Below are positions 15,415-26,900 of a DNA stretch of 64,000 bases, one piece after another (the first letter of the stretch is position 1; the number at the start of each line of letters is the position of its first letter). The notes under the pieces are model-generated. The model was given only the letters and a program-made list of their open reading frames with translations, did no database searches and was not told the DNA's origin. Where the stretch lies: positions 1-64,000 of IMG/VR virus record IMGVR_UViG_3300042566_001780. One strand, written 5' to 3'. Made by a program: the position numbers and the translations under genes.

Positions 15415-16521
15415 ATGTTAATGGAAGGCTTTGTGGTAGATACCAATGATCCACAACAAATGGGTCGCGTTAAGGTATGGGTGCCATCAATCGATGGAGA
15501 CAAATACCAAATTAAAAATCTGCCATGGGCTACGTTTGTATCTCCCTTAGCAGGTCAATTAAGAAATTATCCTTCTGGCCCAAATGCATCAGTATCAAAG
15601 GGGCTAGCATCTTATGGATGGTGGGCAATACCAAAAGAAGGATCTCTTGTCATTGTTGGATTACTCTACAATGACCAAAATAGACGCGTTTATATGGGAT
15701 CTTTTTTCCGTGATCATGGAAATAGATCTTTGCCTGCAGGTAGAATGCGGCCAGATATTGGCGATGTGCCATTAACTGATACATTTGATCCTTTAGAACC
15801 CGCAAGTACTAACCTTAAAGATCAATTTAACGGTAAGTTGTCTGCAAGTGAAGCCAAGACCCGCGGAGCAGTTGAGCGTCCAGTAGCGCAAGACAAAACT
15901 GAAAAAGACGGTACTAATGGATACCATGGAGATTTATTAAACCCAAAGGATTATGATAGCAAACCAGCATTTGACCCGCAAACTGTATCATTAACCACTC
16001 CGGGACATCACACTATTGTTTTCCAAGATAACCCTGAAAATGGTCGTGTCCGAATTAAAACAGCTGCCGGACATCAAATTATTTTAGATGATGCCAATGA
16101 GCGAATTTATGTCTCAACTGCAAAGGGCAAAAACTGGATTGAATTTGATCAGGATGGCCGTGTCCATTTATATGCCGAGCAGGATATAAGCATTGCTACA
16201 GCTGCATCAATGAACATCACTGTTGGAAAAGATTTTAAGCTTAATGCTGGTGGATCGGTCAATATCCAAGCAGGATCATCAATGAACTTGGCTTCTTGTA
16301 AAGATATGAATGTTGCTGGCACTGGTGTAAATCTTCAGTCGACAGCAGATTTCAATATCTTAGCTTCATCAAATTTACTGCAAACTGCTAGCAACATTCA
16401 TTTGAATGGTCCATCTGCAAAAAGTGCAGTATGTCCAGTTGTACCATCCGTGGTACCGCAACATGAGCCATGGGTTAGGGAGGCATCAAAGTCAGCCCGT
16501 AATAAGAATTGGAAAGCATGA
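15415..16521 (+). CDS. gp5: gp5/VgrG-like central spike (OB fold plus beta-helix, no lysozyme domain)
   Basis: GFVVDTNDPQQMGRVKVWVP, WWAIPKEGS, GHQIILDD, beta-helix repeats. Confidence 0.85.
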   Translation: MLMEGFVVDTNDPQQMGRVKVWVPSIDGDKYQIKNLPWATFVSPLAGQLRNYPSGPNASVSKGLASYGWWAIPKEGSLVIVGLLYNDQNRRVYMGSFFRDHGNRSLPAGRMRPDIGDVPLTDTFDPLEPASTNLKDQFNGKLSASEAKTRGAVERPVAQDKTEKDGTNGYHGDLLNPKDYDSKPAFDPQTVSLTTPGHHTIVFQDNPENGRVRIKTAAGHQIILDDANERIYVSTAKGKNWIEFDQDGRVHLYAEQDISIATAASMNITVGKDFKLNAGGSVNIQAGSSMNLASCKDMNVAGTGVNLQSTADFNILASSNLLQTASNIHLNGPSAKSAVCPVVPSVVPQHEPWVREASKSARNKNWKA

Positions 16522-16898
16522 TTATGAGACAAAGTTTATATCGAGGTTTTTCAACTGCAGATTTTCAAAAAACAAAAACATTTTCTGTTGTTAATCAGGA
16601 ATTAGTAAAACGAGATTTGCTCAATTACATCTACACAATTCCCGGTGAACGACCGCATATGCCAGATTTTGGTACCCGGATTCCTTTACTGACTTTTGAG
16701 TTGCTTGATGATATTACGCTAAACATTATTCGTGAAGATCTAAGAAAAGCAGTCAACTATGATCCACGACTTCAACTGCTGGATATGGTGGTATTAGCTG
16801 CACCAGATGCAAACTCGGTTATTGCGGCTCTTGACGTCAGATATGTTGAGTTAAATGTTGTCGACACCATTAGATTAGACTTTGCGAGATCACTATGA
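16518..16898 (+). CDS. gp25: gp25-like baseplate wedge subunit
   Basis: LVKRDLLNYIYTIPGERPHMPDFGTRIP...DPRLQL; ATGA overlap with gp5. Confidence 0.9.
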   Translation: MIMRQSLYRGFSTADFQKTKTFSVVNQELVKRDLLNYIYTIPGERPHMPDFGTRIPLLTFELLDDITLNIIREDLRKAVNYDPRLQLLDMVVLAAPDANSVIAALDVRYVELNVVDTIRLDFARSL

Positions 16899-17170
16899 AA
16901 ATAAGAGAACTTATTGAGGGTAAAATTAAGCAGTTTGTGATAGACAACCCTACTGCCAAAGAGTTGCCCAGAGTCACCCAGAAGGCCCCAGAGACCCCAA
17001 ATCACTCCTCTATAGATACCACTATAACCAAATTGGCTATGAAGTCTAGGAGGCCCGTAGAAGACGTGAGGGCCATATATGATCAGCTAAAAGCCGCGCA
17101 TCACCCAAACAGTCATCAAGACTATGCCATTCTCATTAGCACTTTGAAGCGCCAATTACGGATTGACTAA
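16895..17170 (+). CDS. Hypothetical protein (91 aa)
   Basis: ATGA-coupled to gp25; N-terminus MKIRELIE. Confidence 0.65.
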   Translation: MKIRELIEGKIKQFVIDNPTAKELPRVTQKAPETPNHSSIDTTITKLAMKSRRPVEDVRAIYDQLKAAHHPNSHQDYAILISTLKRQLRID

Positions 17171-17175
17171 TTTTT

Positions 17176-17183
17176 CTAAATAG
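17176..17183 (+). promoter_or_regulatory. Putative late promoter CTAAATAG
   Basis: Upstream of gp6. Confidence 0.7.
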
Positions 17184-17213
17184 ACTACTGCAACTCTAAA
17201 TTACCAAAAGATT

Positions 17214-20200
17214 ATGGCATTCAGAAATACTCCCGACGCAGAAAGCTGGTCAAAAATATATGAAGCTTTTTCGCAAATAAATTTCACTTCATATGACTAT
17301 GATACTATCAAAGCCTCATTGATAGATTATCTCAGGATCTATTGGCCAGAATCTTTCAATGATTTAATTGAGTCATCGGAGCTCATTGCATTATTAGAAA
17401 TGTTTGCGTATGTAGCAGAGCAATTGGCTTATAGGGTTGACATGGTATCCCATGAAAACTTTATTTCTACTGCTCAGCGAAAACAATCCATTTTGAGACT
17501 GGCCAAGTTGATTTCATACAAGTCAACTCGTAATGTACCAGTTCGTGGATTAGTGAAATTCACTAGCATTACCACTACAGAAAGAATTATTGACAGTCGC
17601 GGCGTTGATTTATCTGGATTAACTGTTAATTGGAATGACCCAAATAATAGCAATTGGAAAGAACAATTTACTACGATCATTAACCGTGTGATGACGAGTC
17701 GACTCGGGCTACCACAAAAGAGCTTTCAAGTCGGTGATGTAGTAATGGATCTATACTCGTTGAATGCTACACCGGCTTCAACAAAAAATGGAGTTCATGC
17801 TTTTTCTGTGCAGACTGGTTTAGATCGCTATTCAATGGAGTTAGTACCAGTTGATTTAGATGTCAATGGACCATATGAACGAGAGCCGGATGTCAATGGA
17901 AATATGTCCATTATTTTTGCAAATGATGGTATTGGTGATAGTTCAGAATACACTGGATTTCTAGGATACGTTAAGCAAGGTACATTAATTCGTATTGATT
18001 ACGCAATTAATGATCAATTACCTAATCGTAAAATCGATTTCTTGCCAGACAACATCAACCATACCGACGTTTGGGTGCAAAAGCTTGATACTAATGGAGT
18101 TGTTGCTGAAAGATGGAAACAAGTTGATACGATATCTGAGCAAAATATCATTTTTAACGGTGACAAGTCAACTCGATTAAAATACGAAGTTGATTCACTC
18201 GAAAATGATCAAATATCAATTGTGTTTGGCGACGGTGATTTTGCTGAAAGCCCAGTTGGCCAATTTAGATTCTGGATGCGCCAATCAGCAAACAGAAACG
18301 TAGTAATTCCAAAAAGCAAACTGGTCAATGAAACATTTAGTTTTACTTATGTTTCTGCTAATGGCACCACTGAGACATGCACGCTTACATTTAGCTTGAC
18401 ATCAACAATGCAGAATGGTTCTGCATCTGAGACAATAGAACACATTCGCCAATCTGCTCCATCCACTTACTATTCCCAAAACCGAATGGTTAATGGTCAG
18501 GACTATAACACATACATGTTGAAGGATCCTTCAATCCTTAGATTGAAGACTATCAATAGAACGTTTGCGGGACAACCAAAATACATTGATTGGAATGATG
18601 CATCTGGAAGCTACGAAAACGTAAAATTGTTTGGCGATGATTTATCAATGCGATATGATTTGAGTCTAAATTCTTTGACTACCACAGTTAGTGGTCAGGC
18701 TTTGATTGATAATGTCATAGAGCCGTTATTGAATGATTCTGGTATTATTACGGCATTAACATATTTGTCAGCTACACATCCTGCTACAACCGGCGTCATA
18801 TCTTCCCCTCGCCGTACTTTCATAGAAGATAATCGTGCGGGCTTACACTATTCAACAGCCAATTCGTTGATTTCATTAATTGCTGGTTCTACTGGCGATG
18901 GATCATTGAAAGAGAAAACTGCTATTCAGGGTCTAATTGATAGACATTGGTATGGAGAGCCCCTCGAGTACATTAAAGGCGATGGTTTACAAGTATGGGC
19001 CAAGATACCAGATCCTGCTCTTAATCCAAAAGATGATTCAAAAATCTATGCAGCTACCGTTCCAAGAACAATTGATGGCATCAATAAGTATCCTCCAGGT
19101 GATGTTGGTTCTGGATTTCAGCCAATTGCCGAGCAGGATTATTTTGCATTAAAATATCATCGCACATCTTTAGGAATTGGTACTGGATCTATTGTTGTCC
19201 ACAATAGGCCAACTGCTGGAAGTGACTTCGACGGAGAAGTTTGGACTATTGAAATAGGTGCAGATTCAAAGACAATTTATGTTCGCTCTTCATTGCGCGG
19301 AACATTCCCGACAGGTGTTGTTGGTGAGGTTTATGAAATAACTCCTGCAGGTCAAATAGCCCCAATAGACTTTTTTACAATATCGCAATTACCAACGGAT
19401 ATCGTATTTGAGCCAGGCGATGCATTTATTTTAGATACCCCAACTAATGCAGCTCCGACTGTTAGAAATATTGCCCCGTATTTTAATACTAGCTCGGTGA
19501 TTAACTTAAATGGTTGGTGGGAATTACTTACTACCGGTGCTAATGACTTGGGTGCAGAATTTGCAAACGGTCCAACCAGTGCAGCTCCTTATTTCCATGA
19601 TCAAGTATATGATCCATTTGGCGATAGGAAGAATAGTTGGTTGATTTTTGTCAAGAAAATCAAGCAACAACCAACTAACGTTGTGATTGGTTATGAAGTA
19701 TTCTATAGAAGTTTGAAATTGCTCGTTGAATCCCCAACAACCAAATTTTGGTTCAATGAAGTAGATCAGATTCTTGACAGCGATACTAAGAAGAGAGTAT
19801 TTGATAACATTAAAGTTTTGCGGTCTAATAAAGACTGGGCAGGGAATGTTATTAAGAGCACTCAGCTTTATGACGTCATTGGAGCGGTGAAAAAATCCAC
19901 TGGCGAAAATGACATCAATAAATTGCACATAGTACCATCTGATTTATTACAAGAAGATACTAGTGGAAATCTTGAGCCAGATCGTTTATTGCAATTTATC
20001 AATTTTGCTGGATTAAATGCCGCTGAAAGCTTTGAGTATTTTGATTTAGAGAATCAGGCCGTTATCCTTGCTGGCACTAGCAAATCGGCAGCTGTTAATG
20101 CTTTCAGCAGTAAAAGTATTTCCGCATTTGGTGTAGTTGCTTCATCTAATCCAGTTCAAGCTTATGGTCGCAGATTGTCTGCTGCAAATAGAACAGATGC

Positions 20201-20825
20201 TGCTGCAAAAGGTTTGGACTTTATGTGGCAACATTTTGCTCCTAATACTAACATAATTGATCCATCAGTAACAAATATCCATGATTGTTATATTTTGACT
20301 GAGGGATATTATTCTTCTGTGATTAATTTCGTTCGCGGAATAAGTTCAATTACGCCAATAGAACCAACATCACTTGACCTAAGAAATTCATATAGCTATT
20401 TGTTGAAAAACAAAATGTTAAGTGATACTTTGGTATTACATTCTGGTAAAATAAAGCTTTTATTTGGTGCTTTAGCTGAACCACAGCTAAGAGCAAAATT
20501 CAGAATAGTTAGATCACCAGGTTCAAGACTGACAAATGAAAAGATAAAAGAAGAATTGCTAAACGTAATTAATTCTTATTTTGAAATATCAAATTGGGAT
20601 TTTGGTGAAAGCTTCTATGCAACAGAATTGATTGCATTAATGCATCAAAAATTACCTACTGAAATTTCATCTGCTGTATTAGTGCCGTTGTACTCAACCA
20701 ATTCATTTGGAGATATGTTTACAGTTGATTGCGGTGAAAATGAGTTATTGCAATCGGCCGCAATGATATCTGATATTGAAATTGTTGATGCGCTAACTCC
20801 CACCACATTGAGACAAATCAAGTAG
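17214..20825 (+). CDS. gp6: Baseplate wedge protein gp6-like (1203 aa)
   Basis: YDYDTIKASLIDYL...DLIESSELIALLEMFAY...ILRLAKLISY; VFGDG; QNRMVNGQDY. Confidence 0.85.
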   Translation: MAFRNTPDAESWSKIYEAFSQINFTSYDYDTIKASLIDYLRIYWPESFNDLIESSELIALLEMFAYVAEQLAYRVDMVSHENFISTAQRKQSILRLAKLISYKSTRNVPVRGLVKFTSITTTERIIDSRGVDLSGLTVNWNDPNNSNWKEQFTTIINRVMTSRLGLPQKSFQVGDVVMDLYSLNATPASTKNGVHAFSVQTGLDRYSMELVPVDLDVNGPYEREPDVNGNMSIIFANDGIGDSSEYTGFLGYVKQGTLIRIDYAINDQLPNRKIDFLPDNINHTDVWVQKLDTNGVVAERWKQVDTISEQNIIFNGDKSTRLKYEVDSLENDQISIVFGDGDFAESPVGQFRFWMRQSANRNVVIPKSKLVNETFSFTYVSANGTTETCTLTFSLTSTMQNGSASETIEHIRQSAPSTYYSQNRMVNGQDYNTYMLKDPSILRLKTINRTFAGQPKYIDWNDASGSYENVKLFGDDLSMRYDLSLNSLTTTVSGQALIDNVIEPLLNDSGIITALTYLSATHPATTGVISSPRRTFIEDNRAGLHYSTANSLISLIAGSTGDGSLKEKTAIQGLIDRHWYGEPLEYIKGDGLQVWAKIPDPALNPKDDSKIYAATVPRTIDGINKYPPGDVGSGFQPIAEQDYFALKYHRTSLGIGTGSIVVHNRPTAGSDFDGEVWTIEIGADSKTIYVRSSLRGTFPTGVVGEVYEITPAGQIAPIDFFTISQLPTDIVFEPGDAFILDTPTNAAPTVRNIAPYFNTSSVINLNGWWELLTTGANDLGAEFANGPTSAAPYFHDQVYDPFGDRKNSWLIFVKKIKQQPTNVVIGYEVFYRSLKLLVESPTTKFWFNEVDQILDSDTKKRVFDNIKVLRSNKDWAGNVIKSTQLYDVIGAVKKSTGENDINKLHIVPSDLLQEDTSGNLEPDRLLQFINFAGLNAAESFEYFDLENQAVILAGTSKSAAVNAFSSKSISAFGVVASSNPVQAYGRRLSAANRTDAAAKGLDFMWQHFAPNTNIIDPSVTNIHDCYILTEGYYSSVINFVRGISSITPIEPTSLDLRNSYSYLLKNKMLSDTLVLHSGKIKLLFGALAEPQLRAKFRIVRSPGSRLTNEKIKEELLNVINSYFEISNWDFGESFYATELIALMHQKLPTEISSAVLVPLYSTNSFGDMFTVDCGENELLQSAAMISDIEIVDALTPTTLRQIK

Positions 20826-20865
20826 TTTTGAACCGGGGCGTCCCGGGACAGTTTGCGAAAATTCT

Positions 20866-20873
20866 CTAAATAG
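20866..20873 (+). promoter_or_regulatory. Putative late promoter CTAAATAG
   Basis: Upstream of the 3128-aa structural gene. Confidence 0.7.
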
Positions 20874-20913
20874 GCTTAATTGATCGTTATGTCCAATTTA
20901 GAGAATTTAAAAC

Positions 20914-23900
20914 ATGTCCAATGACTTCTCAATAAAATATCAAAACATGATAAATTTGATTCCTAGCCAGCTTAGGAATCCAACGGTTGTCACAATTGTT
21001 GATAATTTATTCAATCGCTTTTTAACAGCAGAAGAAGCCATTCCGCTTTATGGATATGTTGGTACTCCCTCAATCTCAACAGTTAATCTACCTCAAATTC
21101 GCCAACTGACGGTTGAGCGTTCTGTTAATACTCTGCTTCCAGTTTATTCATTTAAACTCGGCACAAAAAATCATTCATTTACTCCGCAAGACATCATCAA
21201 CAAGATGTTAGTGCTTGGGGCATCTGACAACCAAGCAACTTGGCTGTATTCACAAGGCAATAACTTCGCTCCGCCGATTGATTTTGACAAATTTGCCAAT
21301 TTCTACAATTACTATTGGATAGCTGCTAATGTTACTGATTCAATTTCGTGGAATCCTGATTTAGTACCAGAATATTACTGCATTGAAAAACCTAAAGAAG
21401 CTGATTTAGACAAACTTAATGTGGTCACTGCATCTTCCGGAAGTACGGCATTGACTGGAAGTGGATTCTTTAACCAAATCTGGAATCTTACGTTTACTTC
21501 TAGCACAACTGTTACCGTTACCGCCACCGGACCGTTGGTTGGTTTTTTACCAAACCAGCAAATTCAATTTTTCACCTTAAAACCAATCCCCGCAGTTCCG
21601 GATGGTGGATCTTGGCCTGTTATTGAAGACACTATTGAGTTTAAGGCTGGTCGTCTTAATCAAACTTTGATAGCATTAAAGATTCGTAGAGAACCTATAT
21701 TTGACATTAATGGTGATCTGGTACAATACGAAACATTTGCGGTCAATGATCAATTCATTATTGATGCGCCGTTTATTTCAAATATTCACAATTTAACTTT
21801 TACTGGATCAACAGGCCCTAAGGGATCTATTGTGTCAGTAAACACATTATCAGAGTATCAGATCATCAGTGGCGTCACTTTGAAAAAGAATGATCGTGTT
21901 CTTATCAAAGACAATCCGGCATTTGATAATGGAATTTATGTGGTGTCTGAAGGCACATGGTCAAAGGCTGCCGATTTTAATTCCACTACTGCTGCAGCTG
22001 GAGCTCGAGTTTGGGTCCAAGGCGGCTCAAATGCAAGAAATCTTTATACGGCAGTTCAGGCATCTAATGGATGGAACTGGACATTGACCTCATCCAATGT
22101 TGAGAGTAATGTTAATGACTGGCAGCAATATAACTTCTGGGTATCTAGAGATGATTTAGCTAGCTTAGGATTAACAGTGTCCGATGCGCAGCAAGCAGTG
22201 CGCCCCATCATTGAATTTAAGAATGGCATCAAATTAAATTCGTATGTTAATAACGGATTACCAGCAGATTCTGGAATTGCATATACTCAATTAAAGTCGC
22301 AAATTAATCAAATCCCGTTATTTGATGTCTATCATTATGATGGCACGCACGCAAATGTAGCATCTGGAATATTTTTCTATGTTGAAGATCATACTTCAGA
22401 TATTGATCCAGCATTGCAAAAACGCGTTAAGTTTTCTACTGGACTATCAAAGGATTTTATATTTGATCATGGCCTTTATAATCCAAGCGGATCAACTTTT
22501 TTCTACAAAATCAATAACCAATTGAAGTCTATATGGCACCCAGGTTACACTGAGAAAACTGTGGTAGATACCGTTTTTGCTGGTGAAGGAAATGGTACGT
22601 TAAGTGTTAGCTTAAGCAATGCAAGCCCATTCATAACACAGCAAATTTGGACACTTACTGCTATTTCTGCAACACAATTCTCAGTGTCTGGCTCAAAAAA
22701 TAAGATAGTAAATCCCCCATATAATGTGTTAACTGTCGGGCAGCCGTACAACTATGCATTGTTTAGCGCCACTATCACTAATGGATCTATTCCATTTTCT
22801 ATAGGTGATACATTCACGTTTAGAGTAGGAAACCTTGAAACTGCACGTTATTCTAGATTGCTGGATACCGGTGAAATTTGTGATGTGTGCGGTGGATTTG
22901 AGTATGATGCTCTCCAGATCGGTGCATGGAAAATTCCTAAGATGTTTTATACAAATATTCGTGGATCTTCTGGCAGTGAGGTATCAGAGGGAATTGTAAA
23001 TTCTCATTTAAAGAGCATACTAGCTAATCAACCAAGTGGCGCTTTAGAGAACCGTGCATTTGGTGGGTCCATTAAACTATGGTCAGAACCGGTCAATTTG
23101 TTTGCATCACTCATGATGCAGAGAGATGTGACTCCAATTACATTAGTTGATTTAGCTGAAAGACAATACCAAAATACATATTTGGCAATCATCTCGTTAT
23201 TCCAAAAGAATGTTCTACCATTTATTTCTGCAAATGGTGCGATTAACACAATTGAAAAACTAGACATTTTCATTGATCATTTACTAAACTTACGTGCATT
23301 AGATGAAGATGTCAAAACTGTATTGTTTGATAGCACATCACCAGTGAAAGGCTTTCCTCCTACACTTCCACAAATGGGTGCTATTCCATTAGTGTCACCT
23401 GGTTTAGTGTTAGATGAGGAACTTGGAGTAGTAGCGCTACGCCGCCACGATGGAAGTTTGTTCCCGCTTTTCAACAATACCCAAGACTTTTTAGACCAAT
23501 TTGTTCCTCCTGGTACTTCGCTTCCGCAAGATTTGGCCCAATTGTTGAATGATGTCATTGCACAATTGGAGGTCCGGCTATTCAGGGGAATTTCATCTCA
23601 GCAAAAGACATATTTTTCATTAGACGATGTCAAAAACGCGTTGTCTGGTCCATTAGCTTCATACATGCATAAAGAACTTGCAAGTTGGGCTGCATCTAAT
23701 AACTACGATATGTATGGAACTGATTATGAAGCCGGAAATGCGTTTACTTGGAATTATTCTTTTGCTAATACTAACGATTGTGCGTCAATTTCCCAATCAG
23801 CAGTCCCAGCGCGGTGGTTTAATTTCCTTCAGTCTCACCAATCATCTGTAACTGGTGTAATACCGACTTCACGCCCAGATTTGAATCCTTGGAAGCTAGT

Positions 23901-26900
23901 TGGATTAGCCAATGATCCTGGAAGTTCATGGGACATCTATAGATCGCAAGTTACTCCATCAATGCTGAATTCTGGATTTATTGATGGTGGATCAGTTTCT
24001 GTTGTTCTTTACAATTCTTCTACATTACAGTCAACGTCATTATTTGGATTGCCTATTATTGATGGATATCAGTGTGTTGAAGGTGAAAAGATTCTGTTAG
24101 CATCAGAACAAATGGCACGAAACAATGGTATTTGGGTCGTGTCTTCAGGATCATGGACTCGTGATTCAATTGCACTAGTAGAAGGCACAGTAGTATTTGT
24201 TGTCAATGGTCAATACAGAAATAATACTCGTTGGTATTTGCTTAATGATGTAGATTCTATTAACGTAGATGACGTTAATTTCTGTCAGGTAAGACAATGG
24301 TCTGATGCAATGTGGCAATTTATTCAGACTAGCAAGCCGAATCTAAAAATCTCGGTCAATCCATTTACTGATGAGCTATTACCACCATACGTTAATAATG
24401 GTTTGATTATTGCTCCATATGCATTGACTAATGTGATGCCTTCAAAGGCATCGTCAACATACGAATTTGGTGAATCATCTCCAGTTGAAACTGCATGGCA
24501 GCGAACTGCCGAATTTAGATACGGTTTGGTTAGAGCACTCTTTAGAAAAGATCCACTGGGATGGTTGAGTCACCTTTGGGGAATGGAATGGGTGACTGTC
24601 GACAATATTGCCTATTGCATGTCATTGGTCACAATGCCGACTACTGAAAATCTGCCATTACATGGCGATGTTACTTCTGCTGTTGAAAGACAGAATCCAT
24701 TCATATTTGCTAGCATAACTGGGCCCGCAAATTCAAGCTTGACTGTTGTTCGTGACAGCTTCACTGCAGATAATAAACAGGGATGGACCGTCTTCTACCA
24801 AAATTTACCAATTGGGCATTTGAAAGAGGGTGTCCTTTACTCAAATATTACGTCATCTGGATTTACATTTATTGGGTTACAAATTGAAGATGAAGGAAAA
24901 CCATTCTCATTAGGCGACAAGTTTGAAATTCAAATCAATAGTTTGGGCTATTCAGACAATGTGCTGTTTATTCCGATTAATCGACGCGTCATGAATGGTT
25001 TCTGTCAAATATTTGCATTTGCGCTAAGACAAGCTGCACTTAGCAGTGAAAATGCATATGCAATGAAAGCATATAGATCTTGGACGCCCAACCTTGGTTA
25101 TAGAGCTGGTGGATTAGTTTCATTGGATGATTTGAAAATTGATGCTAGCAATGGCGATGTATCAAGTGCAGCTTTTGAATTACGTCTAAAGAAATCACGA
25201 TTTGCTAAAGACTCATGGCTACACGCGTTACGAATTAAAGTAGCTGCTATCGGTTCTTCATATGCAAGCACCAATAAAACTTTTGTACCTGCGTCAAATG
25301 CAGATGATTGGGTGTTCCGTATTGAGGGATACAACGATCGCTATACCGAGCTGTCTTTCTATGAATTAGCACAAGATTCTAATTACATAACATTTAATGC
25401 TCTTGATAAAACTGCTACGAAATTAGAGTGGAAAAAATATGCTACAAAAGTAGAACTAAAAACTACTCAGCTTCCAGTCACTATTACCGGTTTGCAGAAT
25501 GTCATCAATTTCTTATTTGGATATGAATATAAGCTAATTGAAGATGGTTGGAGATTTGATGATCCGACTTCTAGTTCTATTGACGCTGAAACTGGAAGAG
25601 CAAGATCTTGGCAGCTTGAAGTTGAAAAATTAGTTGATCGTGTATTCCGTGGTATCAATGAAAGCCAAGGAACCGTTATTAATCCATTCCTTGATAAGGT
25701 TTGGGTTGATCACCCAACTGGTTTATTGGGAGACTTCAGCGTTACTGGAATGTTTGACATCAACGCTGATGCTGCAATATTCGACATATTTGGTACCAAA
25801 ATTGCGCCAAATGAAATGAGCGTATTACGCCAACGCGAAAGATCGGAAATATCTTCAAACATTCCTATTTTCTCAGCGCACATTCAAATAGATGAAATTG
25901 AGCACTTATTCGTGTTCAATAATTTTGCACAGCCTTCTTTAAATGATCAATTGCTATATGATCCTTACAGTGGAGCCCAAATAGCAAATATCACGTTGAA
26001 TGGCAGATTCCAAGGAAATGGTACGCTACGTCCAGAAATTGGTGGATACTTCCTATCTGATGGCCAATTAAAGAGAAATATTAGAGCATCGGTTGATGGC
26101 GTAGCAACCATGTATGACGCCAATAAGGCATTTGAGAATAGCACTATATCTAATCACGCTTTTGCATTATTAGGCTTCAATCTAAAAGACTATCTTTCTG
26201 ATCTAGATTTAACTGATAAAAGCCAATTTAATTTCTGGCGTGGTCTAGTTCATATGAAGGGCACTAATGAATCAATAGATGCATTTTTGAATAATGGAAA
26301 ATTTGCTGATACTATATTGGATGAGTTTTGGGCTTATAAAGTAGCAGAGTATGGTGATAGCAGATCTAAAGTATTCCCAGAGTTAAAAATACAATCAGCA
26401 GATGCAATTCAGCAGTTCACTAAGTTGCAGTTTGATGGTACTACGCCGCTCTTAGACTTTACTCAAATTTCATCATTAGATGAAGATAGATGGTTTTCAA
26501 TTGACGATATTTCAGAGAAAACCAAGTTTGAAACAAAGTTGGTTGGAAATTATGACCTATCTAATGGAGTCAATTTAATTGATACTAGCTGGTGGGCGCA
26601 AAATGCTGCAGTGCCAATTGGCTGGGCAATTTATGGATCAGCTCCAGAAAATAGTTTCATATTAGCAGAAACATATTACGGCGTCAATGAAGATCTTTGG
26701 TTAGCAAATGCTGGCGCTGCAGGATCATCCTTCTTTGGTCCTGACGGCGGATGGTCAATTGGTGGTTTTAATGCTGATATCGATCGCACAAAAACCTATC
26801 GATTTATCCTTCCGGTCAAGCGCTTAACAGAAGAAAACGGTACAGTTCAGTTCGGATTAACTGGTGTAGCTAATTTGAATACGCCCGTTGAAGCCAGTAA